From a virus: a stretch of DNA of 48,910 nt. The notes beneath the pieces are model-generated. The model was not told the origin of the DNA. It did not search any database and worked only from the letters and a program-made list of their open reading frames with translations. Below are positions 24,187 to 33,916 of the stretch, piece by piece. The stretch is from positions 1-48,910 of the IMG/VR virus record IMGVR_UViG_3300027742_000002; one strand, given 5' to 3'. The stretch's first letter is position 1. Every line of letters begins with the position of its first letter. Both the position numbers and the translations under genes were made by a program.

Positions 24187-25725
24187 ATGAAACCAGAAAC
24201 TCTCAAGGAGAAGTATTTAAACAATGACTTCTTACTAAAAGGAGAATTCCAAGGTGGAGATCATGCGCGTGATGAAGTATTAACACGATGTGAACGATAC
24301 GCCGGTTGGACTCTACCTAACATATTCCCAGACGATCCGTTGATGGAATATGACGAAATGCAGAACGACTACCAATCGGTAGGAGCGCAAGCAGTAACGA
24401 ACTTAGCCAATAAGATAATAATGACTTTGTTCCAACCATCAAAACCATTCTTCCGTATGCAATTAACAAAAGAGCAGCGGGAAGCAGTAGCAGAAAGTGG
24501 TTTATCAGGAGCACAAGTTGATGCAGCACTAGCACAAGCAGAGAGAGATTCGATGCGGGAGCTAGACAAGATCAATGCTAGAGTAACAATGAACGACGCT
24601 GCACAACACCTTATTATTACAGGTAACGGCTTACTGTTCATGCCAGACGATGCAGACATGCAAGTGTACTCATTACGAGATTACACTATCAAACGTGATC
24701 TACGTGGTACACCAGTTAAGATTATTATACGTGAGACAAAATCTGTATCGGGACTATCCGACGAATTAGCAGCACTAGCTGCAACAGAAGGATATAGTCC
24801 AAACGACGACATATCTATATACACAGGTATATGCAGAGTAGGTAAATCAAGATACTTCGTATGGCAAGAACTAGAAGACATCTGCTATTGTCATAAACGA
24901 GTGGGTATATACAACAAAGATAACTTACCGTGGATTCCCTTAACATGGAACTTATGTAGAGGAAAGGATTACGGCACAGGTTTAGTAGAGAACTACGCAG
25001 GTGACTTCCATACACTATCAACATTAGCAGAAGCAATATTAGATTATACGACAGTAGTAACTGATCTAAAGAATCTAGTAGACCCGACTGGTATGACAGA
25101 TGTGCGAGAGATAACCGAGGCACCATCAGGAGCATATGTACACGGTAGAGAAGAAGACATCCATGTACATACAGCACAAGTAACCAACGCAGCAGACTTT
25201 CTTAATGAAAGGTTCGACGCAGTAGCACGACGTATTGGTGCAGCATTCTTGCTTAATACAGCAGTAACTCGTGATGCAGAGCGAGTAACAGCACAAGAGA
25301 TTAGGATGCAGGCACACGAACTAGAAGGTTCGTTAGGTGGAGTGTACTCACGACTAGCAGCAGAACTACAACTACCATTAGCTAAACGTCTATTACGTAA
25401 ACAAAATAAAACATTTACAGACATCGAACCAGTGATTGTAACTGGGTTTGAATCGTTATCACGTAATAGTGAGTTAGATAACTTCCGAGCATTTATGCAG
25501 GATATGATTATCCTTGCAGATGTGCCAGATGAAGTTAAAGTTCGTATGGAATTTGGTGATGTAATCGCTGTACTTGGTGCAGGACACGGTGTGGATTATA
25601 AGAAGTTCTTGAAAGGCGAAGATAAAGTCAAGCAAGAATCTAAAGAACGAATGAAGATGCAAGCACAAGCCGCCGGAATGGAGGCAGGTGCAGTTAACGA
25701 AGCAGAACAAGGAACACAACAATGA
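24187..25725 (+). CDS. Portal (head-tail connector, T7 gp8-like), 512 aa
   Basis: Size and gene order (portal, scaffold, capsid) fit. The N-terminal segment ...YQSVGAQAVTNLANKIIMTLFQPSKPFFRMQL is typical of T7-group connectors. Confidence 0.8.
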   Translation: MKPETLKEKYLNNDFLLKGEFQGGDHARDEVLTRCERYAGWTLPNIFPDDPLMEYDEMQNDYQSVGAQAVTNLANKIIMTLFQPSKPFFRMQLTKEQREAVAESGLSGAQVDAALAQAERDSMRELDKINARVTMNDAAQHLIITGNGLLFMPDDADMQVYSLRDYTIKRDLRGTPVKIIIRETKSVSGLSDELAALAATEGYSPNDDISIYTGICRVGKSRYFVWQELEDICYCHKRVGIYNKDNLPWIPLTWNLCRGKDYGTGLVENYAGDFHTLSTLAEAILDYTTVVTDLKNLVDPTGMTDVREITEAPSGAYVHGREEDIHVHTAQVTNAADFLNERFDAVARRIGAAFLLNTAVTRDAERVTAQEIRMQAHELEGSLGGVYSRLAAELQLPLAKRLLRKQNKTFTDIEPVIVTGFESLSRNSELDNFRAFMQDMIILADVPDEVKVRMEFGDVIAVLGAGHGVDYKKFLKGEDKVKQESKERMKMQAQAAGMEAGAVNEAEQGTQQ

Positions 25726-26600
25726 CAGACCGACAGAACGCTAACACTGATCAACAGCAGGCCAACCAAAACAACGCGGCGGATGATCAGAACAAAGCAC
25801 CAGCATCACCCAATGAAAACTGGCAAGACGACAAATCATTAGATGCAAACGGTAATCCAGTATCACAAGATCAACAGTCTCAAAACCAATCACAAGATCA
25901 AGCTAATAAAGATGATGATAAAGGCGGTCAAGGTGATGATACTGGAGACAAAGGTGGGGAAGGGGATCAGAAGCGAGAGTATGACCTATCAGCACCAGTA
26001 GTTAAACAAGTAGAAAAGCTAATCACGGAGGCGGGGTTAGACGCGCAAGATGTAGCTCGTATTGTTACAGAGAATGAAGGTAAAGCAACACCGGAACTTA
26101 TTAAAGCATTAGCAGATAAGCATGGTGACGCAGTAGCTTCAATCGTAGCAGAACAGCTATCAGGATTTCACACAGCAAACAAAGACAAGGCTAACAAACG
26201 AGACCAAGCGATCTTCGACCAAGTACAGGAATCCTTTAAAGGGGCTACTGATCAAGGCGGTGAAGAAACTTGGAAAGAGTTGGCTGGATGGGCTAAAGAA
26301 AACGTCCCTAATGATGAGCGTGTGGAAATCAACAAACTTCTAGCACAGGGTGGTATTGCTGCGAAATATGCAGTAGACGATCTAGTTAGTCGTTTTAAAA
26401 CTTCGGAGAACTTTACACAGTCAGCAGACCTACTAACAGGTGACGCTACATCAAACGACTTCGGAGTTAAGCCACTAAGTAAACAGGAATACGTTTCAGA
26501 ACTACGTAGCCTAGAAGCGAAAGGTCACATATATGGACAATCGCAAGAAATGGCAGCACTAGACAAACGACGTACCGCTGGGATGCAGCGTGGCATTTAA
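25722..26600 (+). CDS. Scaffolding protein (292 aa)
   Basis: It lies between the portal and capsid genes. It is acidic, low complexity and rich in Q, D and K. Confidence 0.7.
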   Translation: MTDRQNANTDQQQANQNNAADDQNKAPASPNENWQDDKSLDANGNPVSQDQQSQNQSQDQANKDDDKGGQGDDTGDKGGEGDQKREYDLSAPVVKQVEKLITEAGLDAQDVARIVTENEGKATPELIKALADKHGDAVASIVAEQLSGFHTANKDKANKRDQAIFDQVQESFKGATDQGGEETWKELAGWAKENVPNDERVEINKLLAQGGIAAKYAVDDLVSRFKTSENFTQSADLLTGDATSNDFGVKPLSKQEYVSELRSLEAKGHIYGQSQEMAALDKRRTAGMQRGI

Positions 26601-26601
26601 T

Positions 26602-26649
26602 TATTCTCCATCCATGTGTAGTGGAGCTAAGAATGCAGCATGGAGAATA
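26602..26649 (+). promoter_or_regulatory. Long-range stem TATTCTCCAT / ATGGAGAATA enclosing an inner hairpin, upstream of the capsid gene (RNA processing or stability element candidate)
   Basis: 10-bp perfect complementarity joins 26602..26611 with 26640..26649. The inner stem is CTCCA...TGGAG. It lies in the 83-bp scaffold-capsid gap. Confidence 0.45.
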
Positions 26650-26683
26650 TAACATTAAGACATTTCCTAGGAGAACAAGCTAA

Positions 26684-27814
26684 ATGTCAATTTTGAACCA
26701 ACCAGTAGCAAATAACCAAGTACGTTCCGGCCATCAGGCGGGGATTGACTCAGGTAACATTAACCCACTATATATCGAACAGTATGGTGGTGAAGTAGAA
26801 CACCGATTCTTGAAAGACTCTTTCATGCGTCAGTTCTTTAAGTTCAAATCAGTACGTGGTACAGATACTATTACGAACGACCGTATTGGTCACACGCAGC
26901 TACAGAAAGTACAGCGTGGAGTTCGTCCACAGGATCACAGTCCTACATTCGATAACATTTCTGTGAAAGTAGATACTATCGTATTAGCACGAACTAACCA
27001 GTTCTTGTTGGATGATTTCCTATCGCACATTGATGTACGTAAAGAAGTAGGTATCGAGCACGGTAAAGAGATCGGTAAATTCTTTGATGAATCATTCATC
27101 GTACAAGCAATTAAAGCTTGTCAGATTACCAACCAAGTACCCGTTAAAGACGCATCAGGTGCGGTAACTGGTACTGCCTTAGTAGGTGGTTGGGAAGATC
27201 ATGTATATGTAGGCGCAGGTACAGCACCAACAGTACCTTCTAACAGTGTGCGAACAGCACCAGAAGGTTTCCAAGGTGGTGCAGTAATCGTACTGGGCGC
27301 AGATGGTGACGAAGACGATCCAGAACTACTTGAACTAGCAATCCAAGACCTATGTCAGACGATTGAAGAGAAAGATGTAGATATTATGGAAGCAGTACTT
27401 CTAGTACGTCCTGCTCAATACTACACACTATTGAAGAATGACAAGTTGCTAGACAAAGACTTCTCTACAAGCAATGGTGACTACGCAAGTGGTACTGTAC
27501 TCAAGTCAAATGGTGTGCGACTACAAGTTACTAACCGATTCCCAGCACAGGCAGATGTAGGTGAAACCCATTTCTTGTCAAACGCAGGTAACGGTAACGC
27601 TTACGACGTAGTACAGCCAGATGTAAACTGTAAGGTTCTGCTGTTAATGCCTAAAGCATTACTAGCAGGTGAAACAATCCCACTGACTTCTAAAGTCTAT
27701 TACAGCGACATCGAGTTGCAGTGGTTCATTGATTCATACCTTGCGTATGGTGTGACACCTAACCGCGCAGAAATGGCGGGTGGTATCTTCACCTATACAC
27801 CAACTACTGCTTAA
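26684..27814 (+). CDS. Major capsid protein (T7 gp10-like), 376 aa
   Basis: Position and size fit. The RBS is AGGAG, and tandem terminators follow the gene. Confidence 0.85.
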   Translation: MSILNQPVANNQVRSGHQAGIDSGNINPLYIEQYGGEVEHRFLKDSFMRQFFKFKSVRGTDTITNDRIGHTQLQKVQRGVRPQDHSPTFDNISVKVDTIVLARTNQFLLDDFLSHIDVRKEVGIEHGKEIGKFFDESFIVQAIKACQITNQVPVKDASGAVTGTALVGGWEDHVYVGAGTAPTVPSNSVRTAPEGFQGGAVIVLGADGDEDDPELLELAIQDLCQTIEEKDVDIMEAVLLVRPAQYYTLLKNDKLLDKDFSTSNGDYASGTVLKSNGVRLQVTNRFPAQADVGETHFLSNAGNGNAYDVVQPDVNCKVLLLMPKALLAGETIPLTSKVYYSDIELQWFIDSYLAYGVTPNRAEMAGGIFTYTPTTA

Positions 27815-27835
27815 TAGCAGGTAGTGATACCTTAG

Positions 27836-27862
27836 AGTCCATCCCTCATAGGGGTGGGCTTT
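27836..27862 (+). terminator. Post-capsid hairpin AGUCCAUCCC-UCAUA-GGGGUGGGCU plus UUU (position analogous to T7 T-phi)
   Basis: A 10-bp stem with two G-U pairs, read directly, begins 22 nt after the capsid stop. Confidence 0.55.
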
Positions 27863-27882
27863 ATAGGTGTTATTACACCAAG

Positions 27883-27919
27883 CGTATATGGAATCCCTCC
27901 ATATATGTTTTTTCTTTTT
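27883..27919 (+). terminator. Canonical intrinsic terminator CGUAUAUGGA-AUCCC-UCCAUAUAUG plus UUUUUUCUUUUU
   Basis: A 10-bp stem with one G-U pair is followed by a 12-nt T-rich run. Confidence 0.7.
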
Positions 27920-27935
27920 AAAGGGAATAAAGATA

Positions 27936-28535
27936 ATGAACGAATTAGAAGCATTAAATATGCTATTACGTTTGATTGGTTCTTCACCTGTAAACAATGT
28001 AGACACACCACACCCAGATGCTTCTAATGCGAAAACGACATTAAACCGTATTCGTAGACAAGCACAACGAAGAGGTTGGTGGTTCAACATAGATTACAAT
28101 TTAACCTACTCACCAGATGATGTAGGTAACATACTAATACCGGATGAAATAAGTTCGTTAGTAGCGGTGGACAACAACTTCTTCAAACGTGGAAAGAAGC
28201 TTTACAATAAGTACGACAACACATTTATATTCACTGGCCCTGTAGAGATATACAGAGAAGTGAGGATATTAGAATGGGATGATATGCCGGATTGTATGAA
28301 AGAGCATTGTGCATATCTAGCTGGGTCACAGTTTGTTAGGGATGAATTAGAAGACCCACAAAAACAACAGGATTTAAACATATCAGCAGGACAAGCTATG
28401 ATAGATGTGAAGAAGCAAGACTTAGAAGAAGGTCGCTACAACACATTTAATAAATCAAGAGTTCTGCAAGCAAGAGCAGGGGTTCAACCTTACAACCGTA
28501 ATAACCGTAGATTCCACGGTGATCCTGACAGATAG
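27936..28535 (+). CDS. Tail tubular protein A / gatekeeper (T7 gp11-like), 199 aa
   Basis: MNELEALNMLLRLIGSSPVNNVDTPHPDA...RRGWWFN is typical of gp11 family N-termini. The start was moved from 27867 because the upstream extension contains the terminator. Confidence 0.75.
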   Translation: MNELEALNMLLRLIGSSPVNNVDTPHPDASNAKTTLNRIRRQAQRRGWWFNIDYNLTYSPDDVGNILIPDEISSLVAVDNNFFKRGKKLYNKYDNTFIFTGPVEIYREVRILEWDDMPDCMKEHCAYLAGSQFVRDELEDPQKQQDLNISAGQAMIDVKKQDLEEGRYNTFNKSRVLQARAGVQPYNRNNRRFHGDPDR

Positions 28536-28543
28536 GAGACATT

Positions 28544-31072
28544 ATGAGAATAGAAAGTTCATACCCGACACCTATACACGGAGTTAGTACATTAGCGCCA
28601 CGTAATAGGGCAGAAGGACAAGCAGGATTACAAGTCAATTTCAGGTCAGACCCAGTTAATAAATTAACAAGGCGACCACCTATGAAGTGGGTTGCACCGT
28701 TATTACTAGGAAACACGGGGAGTGACATATTATACCACTCGTATGAACGAGAAGGTGTAACATACCGTTTTATATTAGACAAACTGACAGACGACTTACA
28801 CATCTATATAGATGATACATTATGGAATACTCTTACAGCACCAACAGGTTATGTAGGGAACAACATGGTGGCTCAAACTGTAGATCATGAAACATTCTTT
28901 ATAAATACAGACAAAGTAGTAGAAATGACTACTGATGATGATCTAGCAGACATAGAGCGAGTATCACACATTAACGTGGTGTCTGCATTAAACTATGGTG
29001 AAACAGTACAAGTAAATGTAACAACAAGTGATACTGTTAGACATGTAGTAACATACACAATACCAGATTTAGGGGTAACAAACCCAGATTATGATACAGC
29101 AGATAAGGCTCGTGCGACAAATCAAGTAGCATTAGAATTAGCAGCAAACATAAATGGTGGTGGTACTTACGATATAAGAGCACCAAATCCTGATTACCCA
29201 GATGATCCATTTATTGATGCGAACTTCATAAACTACTGCCAACCATATATAGATGATGGTTTTGGTGGCTGTATAGTAAACCCTAATTACGATGTATCTC
29301 AATCTGTATGTAAAGCGTATAAGACAGGTTACACAGGTATAACCGGAGTGACAGCAGTAGCACTAGGTTCCTCGGTAGCAGTTTGGGAAGATGGTAGAGC
29401 TGATTGGTTAGACCTAGAGATAGAAACAGGTCAAGGTGATAGATCATGTGTAGCAATAAATAACACTGTCGAGAACACAGAAGGCTTACCGTTGTACGCA
29501 GTAGTAGGCACACGAATAACTATTAAGCCCGACCCAACATCCGATAAAGGAACTTACTACCTACAAGCAGAACGAACAGCACAGCAAGTATCAGGTGAGT
29601 ACTTAGAAGAAGTTGTATGGTCAGAGACTAGAAACTCTGAACAACCACATGCTCTAGATACAACAACAATGCCGTTTAGTTGTGTATACGACAACAATGT
29701 ATTTACAGTTAATACAATAGCATTCAAAGAACGCCAAAATGGTGATGATGACTCTGTACCACAACCGGACTTCGTTGGTGAGACAATCACAAATGTAGGA
29801 TACTTCCAAAAGAGATTAGTATTCGTATCGGAGAATAACGTGATAATGTCTGAGGTAGATGATCCAGCAAACTTTTGGAAACAGTCGGCTGTACAACTAT
29901 TAGTTAATGACACAGTATCAGTAGCATCGAGTGCAGTAGCCATCGATAGACTAGCACACATAGTTCCTCATAATAGAGACCTATTAGTTATATCGTCTAA
30001 TGGTCAGTTTAAGATAGACGGATCAGAAGGTATAACACCGGAAACTGTATCAATGACACTTACTACAAAATACGAGTGTCAGGTAAACGTACCACCAGTA
30101 ACAATTGGTAACTCAATATTCTTCCCGATTGATTATGGAACGTCAACAGGATTACAAGAGTACACTGGTGAGAGGGATACTAACCAAGATTTTGCAGCAC
30201 CACTAACACATCATGTAATTGGATATATGTCTGGTAGTGTGAAGTTAATGACTGCAAGCCCTAACCTAGAAATGATAGCAGTTGTAACAGAAGGTGCAGC
30301 AGCTAATCAATTATTCATGTATGAGCAGTACACAGATGATACTGGGAAACGTCGGCAGAGATCATGGGGCCAGTGGGTTATATCAGGTAATTCTGAGATA
30401 TTAGACATCGAGTTCAGAAACGATAGATTAACACTTATTGTAAATGAACAAGGCAACATTATATTAAAAGAAATAGATATTTACTCCAGAGTTTCGACAG
30501 GAGTAAACGAAGTATACCTAGATGATTTAGTAAAGTTACCAACTGATGGAAGTACGGCAACATTAGATGCAGACTACGACACGAGTGACATAATTGTAAT
30601 TCGTGGAGATAGTACAGAGTATGAATTAAATAAAGTACAATTCACACTAGCTTCAAACGTAATAACATTCAATGAAGATATAGCAGTAGGTGATGTTTAC
30701 GTAGGAAAGTTATACGAATCAAGATACAGACCAACACGACCATTCAAATACGATGATAATAATATCGCAGTAACCACAGATAGAATACGTATAGCTAAGT
30801 TCATTTTAAGTTTAGTAGAAACAAATGAAGTTAAAATGCACATCATATCTGATTACTATGATACAGATGATCAAGAGTTTAACAGTAGGTATTTAGGAGG
30901 GTTGGACAACGTAGTTGGAAGTGTACCGTTTTACACAGGAGATCATAAGTTCTCGTTTGCACAAGATGCAAATTTAGCAGAAGCAGAGTTCTACTGTGAC
31001 AACTGGTTAGGATGTACAATCGCAGGAATAAGTTGGGAGGGGCAATACTTCCAAACAGCGCAGAGGATGTGA
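28544..31072 (+). CDS. Tail tubular protein B / nozzle (T7 gp12-like), 842 aa
   Basis: Size and position after the gp11-like gene fit. Confidence 0.75.
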   Translation: MRIESSYPTPIHGVSTLAPRNRAEGQAGLQVNFRSDPVNKLTRRPPMKWVAPLLLGNTGSDILYHSYEREGVTYRFILDKLTDDLHIYIDDTLWNTLTAPTGYVGNNMVAQTVDHETFFINTDKVVEMTTDDDLADIERVSHINVVSALNYGETVQVNVTTSDTVRHVVTYTIPDLGVTNPDYDTADKARATNQVALELAANINGGGTYDIRAPNPDYPDDPFIDANFINYCQPYIDDGFGGCIVNPNYDVSQSVCKAYKTGYTGITGVTAVALGSSVAVWEDGRADWLDLEIETGQGDRSCVAINNTVENTEGLPLYAVVGTRITIKPDPTSDKGTYYLQAERTAQQVSGEYLEEVVWSETRNSEQPHALDTTTMPFSCVYDNNVFTVNTIAFKERQNGDDDSVPQPDFVGETITNVGYFQKRLVFVSENNVIMSEVDDPANFWKQSAVQLLVNDTVSVASSAVAIDRLAHIVPHNRDLLVISSNGQFKIDGSEGITPETVSMTLTTKYECQVNVPPVTIGNSIFFPIDYGTSTGLQEYTGERDTNQDFAAPLTHHVIGYMSGSVKLMTASPNLEMIAVVTEGAAANQLFMYEQYTDDTGKRRQRSWGQWVISGNSEILDIEFRNDRLTLIVNEQGNIILKEIDIYSRVSTGVNEVYLDDLVKLPTDGSTATLDADYDTSDIIVIRGDSTEYELNKVQFTLASNVITFNEDIAVGDVYVGKLYESRYRPTRPFKYDDNNIAVTTDRIRIAKFILSLVETNEVKMHIISDYYDTDDQEFNSRYLGGLDNVVGSVPFYTGDHKFSFAQDANLAEAEFYCDNWLGCTIAGISWEGQYFQTAQRM

Positions 31073-31082
31073 GGAGAACAAT

Positions 31083-31619
31083 ATGTCAATGTACGCACAA
31101 GCTGCAATGTCTGGAATGTCAGCACTACAACTAATGGCGACAGGTGAGAACGCCCAGACCAAAGCAGCATATAATGAGGCTTACGCGATAGCAGCACAGA
31201 AGTCTAATATTAGAGAAGCTAAACACACAGCGGAGTTAAATATAGCTGCTATAAAGCAAGATAAGATTACATCCAACACACAAATCAGGATGGCCCAAGA
31301 CCAAGCGGAAGCAATGGCGTTAGTAAACGCAGCAGCCGCAGGGGTCGAGGGTGGATCAGTGGAAGATGTATTATATGAAACAGAGAAGAATGAAGCCTTC
31401 GCACTTAATAGTGCAAACCGGAAAGCAGAGCAAGCAACAGAGAGTCAACTAGCACAGATAGGGAGCCAAGCATCATCATTACTAGCTATACAAGAACCAG
31501 AGATTTCTTATGTAGGTGAGTTAATGTCGGCGTTTAGTTCGTTTGAATTAGGAGACTTAGAAATAGGTGAAGCACTATCATCGGAAGGTTACAGTTTACC
31601 AGCATTATGGGGAAGTTAA
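31083..31619 (+). CDS. Internal virion protein A (178 aa)
   Basis: Position fits. The protein is Ala-rich and helical (MSMYAQAAMSGMSALQLMATGENAQ...), as in phiKMV-group internal virion protein A. Confidence 0.6.
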   Translation: MSMYAQAAMSGMSALQLMATGENAQTKAAYNEAYAIAAQKSNIREAKHTAELNIAAIKQDKITSNTQIRMAQDQAEAMALVNAAAAGVEGGSVEDVLYETEKNEAFALNSANRKAEQATESQLAQIGSQASSLLAIQEPEISYVGELMSAFSSFELGDLEIGEALSSEGYSLPALWGS

Positions 31620-33887
31620 ATGACACAGTTTGGTTCACCGCAACGTAATGCAACGAGTGACGCTAATGCAGGGGTGGTTAATCCACCCGCTGTAAAGCAT
31701 ACACAGCGGCAAGTTGCAACAAAACAAAAGCAGGCTTCATCCCTAGATACTGGTGTAAACCAACTTGGTGAAGCATTAGGTGCAGCACTAGTAGAGAAAC
31801 TAGAGACAACAGCCACAAATATTAACGAACAACGTGCTACAGACGCAGCTATAAGACAGGGTACTGACCACGCTATAAACCAGATAGACGCTAATAAAAA
31901 GAATCTGGGGTGGGAGAAAGCAGTCTTTGGTGAGAATGTTGAATACAGAGCAGCACAGCAGAGAGCAGCACAGAACGCAGTTAACTCAGCGTATCTTGAA
32001 CAAGCATCAACATTAGATCAGTATGCAGGTGAAACACCGGAAGAGTACGCAGTAAAACTGAAAGAAGGGTTAGATAAAGTATTAGAACCTTATGGGGAAG
32101 ATGCCGAGACCAAGCGATTAGTAACTCAAGCGTGGATGGCATCAAGTGGAAAGTTAGCAGCTAAACAGTATGAAGCACACTACGCATACAATCAGCTACA
32201 ACAAAGAGACACCTATTCAAAGCAAGTTCAACAAACATTCGACACATGGACAGTAGACGCATCATTAGCAAGTACCCAAAAAGAAGCACAAGGATTACTA
32301 CAACAAGCATCTATATTCTTTGATAAAGGCACTAAGCCAGAAGGTATGACAGATTTCGCTTGGAAAGAAGTAGTTAATGAAAACCTTGTGAACTCTTTAC
32401 GGCAAGGTAACATCGGGGCGTATAATGCAGCTAAAGCAAACGGCTGGGTGGATGGTTTAACAATAGAAGAGCAAGTAGCAATAGATAAAGGTATAAGCGC
32501 GTATGATGCAGACTTTAATCGAGAAGCTCTATTAGTAGTAAGCGACACTCAGCTAGCAGCACTTGATGCTAAAAACCTGAATGACGCAGCAGCAATATAT
32601 CAAACAGCAATGGGTTCATTAAATACATTAGGATCACGTTCAAGTAAAACCGATAAAGCAGAGCATGATCTGAATAAAGCAAAACTTGCGTTAGACAGAT
32701 TAGCAAAGAAAGCTGCGGCAGATGGTTTAGAAGCAGAAGACGAACAAGCACGTATTGATAGAATTAAAGCAGGGTTACTAACTGACGATCCTATTGAGAG
32801 GGCTAGTGTATTAAACCAAGAGAATCCAAAGAAATCTGATTTGGAAGACATATTAGATGTAGTGGTTGTAGAAGAAATATCACGGCAAGCAGGTCAAGAC
32901 TTAAGTAATGCGGAAGCTACAAAAGTACTGCTTGAAAATCCTAAGATAGCAAAGTCGATAGCACGACGTATAGATGGACAAGAAGTAGATTCGTCATTTG
33001 TAAAGCGGTCAATAGAAACATTCATTAATGGATTTCAGGGCCTAGTAAACAACGAGGGTCAATTAAACGAACGTGGAATTGTGGCAATGCAGTCAGTAGC
33101 TCAATTTGAACAGAATGAAGATACATTCAAATCACTAATAGGTAATGATAACTACGATAGATACGAAATCATACGTAGAGGTATGTCAATAGGCCAAACC
33201 TCGGATATGGTGATGAAAGACTTAGACGCTTATTCAGCTAACAAAGGAAACCGTGACATATATGGGATTCAGTGGGAGTTAGGAGAAAACGAGTCTAAAC
33301 GAGATCGTATACAATCACTAATACAAGGCTTTACAGGGCAAGTTCCAAAAGGTGCATCATTAGCACACTATATGGAAGAATACGACAGAGCATTAGTTGT
33401 TTATAAAGGTGATAAGAAATCGGCGGAGAGTTACTTACGTAAGTCTGCTCTTAACGCAGCGATAAATTATAAAGGTCGTGTGATCACTAATGGTAAACAA
33501 TTAAACAAAGCGACAAAGTATAACTTTGAGCAGTTAATGGATGGAGCACAACAATCCAAAGGTACATCAGCAAGTATGCTAACCCCATATTTAGCAACAC
33601 TCGGTGTAAAATTGGAAGATAAAGATGGTAAACCCCTTACTAGGATTGACCAAGTAAGAGGACTGACTTTATCAACAATTGATGGTGTAGAGGGATTCTT
33701 TATGGATTCACAAGATGCACAAGCACCTGTACATATAACACCAGATGTAATGAAGAGGTGGGAACAAACACTTGACCAACGATCTAACTTTAAGAAATTA
33801 GAAGACAAAGCCAGCGAGACATTTCTTAACAACTGGATGAAAGAGCAGAAGAAACTACAAGCGGTTAAACCATTGTTGTTTCCGTAA
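31620..33887 (+). CDS. Internal virion protein B (gp15-like), 755 aa
   Basis: The call rests on position and size. The ATG abuts the upstream stop. Confidence 0.6.
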   Translation: MTQFGSPQRNATSDANAGVVNPPAVKHTQRQVATKQKQASSLDTGVNQLGEALGAALVEKLETTATNINEQRATDAAIRQGTDHAINQIDANKKNLGWEKAVFGENVEYRAAQQRAAQNAVNSAYLEQASTLDQYAGETPEEYAVKLKEGLDKVLEPYGEDAETKRLVTQAWMASSGKLAAKQYEAHYAYNQLQQRDTYSKQVQQTFDTWTVDASLASTQKEAQGLLQQASIFFDKGTKPEGMTDFAWKEVVNENLVNSLRQGNIGAYNAAKANGWVDGLTIEEQVAIDKGISAYDADFNREALLVVSDTQLAALDAKNLNDAAAIYQTAMGSLNTLGSRSSKTDKAEHDLNKAKLALDRLAKKAAADGLEAEDEQARIDRIKAGLLTDDPIERASVLNQENPKKSDLEDILDVVVVEEISRQAGQDLSNAEATKVLLENPKIAKSIARRIDGQEVDSSFVKRSIETFINGFQGLVNNEGQLNERGIVAMQSVAQFEQNEDTFKSLIGNDNYDRYEIIRRGMSIGQTSDMVMKDLDAYSANKGNRDIYGIQWELGENESKRDRIQSLIQGFTGQVPKGASLAHYMEEYDRALVVYKGDKKSAESYLRKSALNAAINYKGRVITNGKQLNKATKYNFEQLMDGAQQSKGTSASMLTPYLATLGVKLEDKDGKPLTRIDQVRGLTLSTIDGVEGFFMDSQDAQAPVHITPDVMKRWEQTLDQRSNFKKLEDKASETFLNNWMKEQKKLQAVKPLLFP

Positions 33888-33916
33888 TAATAAATAGAGG
33901 AACAGAGGAGTACTTT

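Noticed and set aside
27867-27935. Upstream extension of the tail tubular protein A ORF (track start at 27867)
   Set aside because: The extension translates to an implausible MLLHQAYMESLHICFFFLKGIKI and contains the intrinsic terminator hairpin and T-run (27883..27919). The gp11-like sequence begins at the ATG at 27936.
26684-27935. Possible T7-style programmed frameshift producing a longer minor capsid protein (10B-like)
   Set aside because: The capsid ORF is followed almost immediately by stops in the other frames and by two terminator hairpins. I saw no extended alternative-frame ORF and no obvious slippery site at the 3' end.
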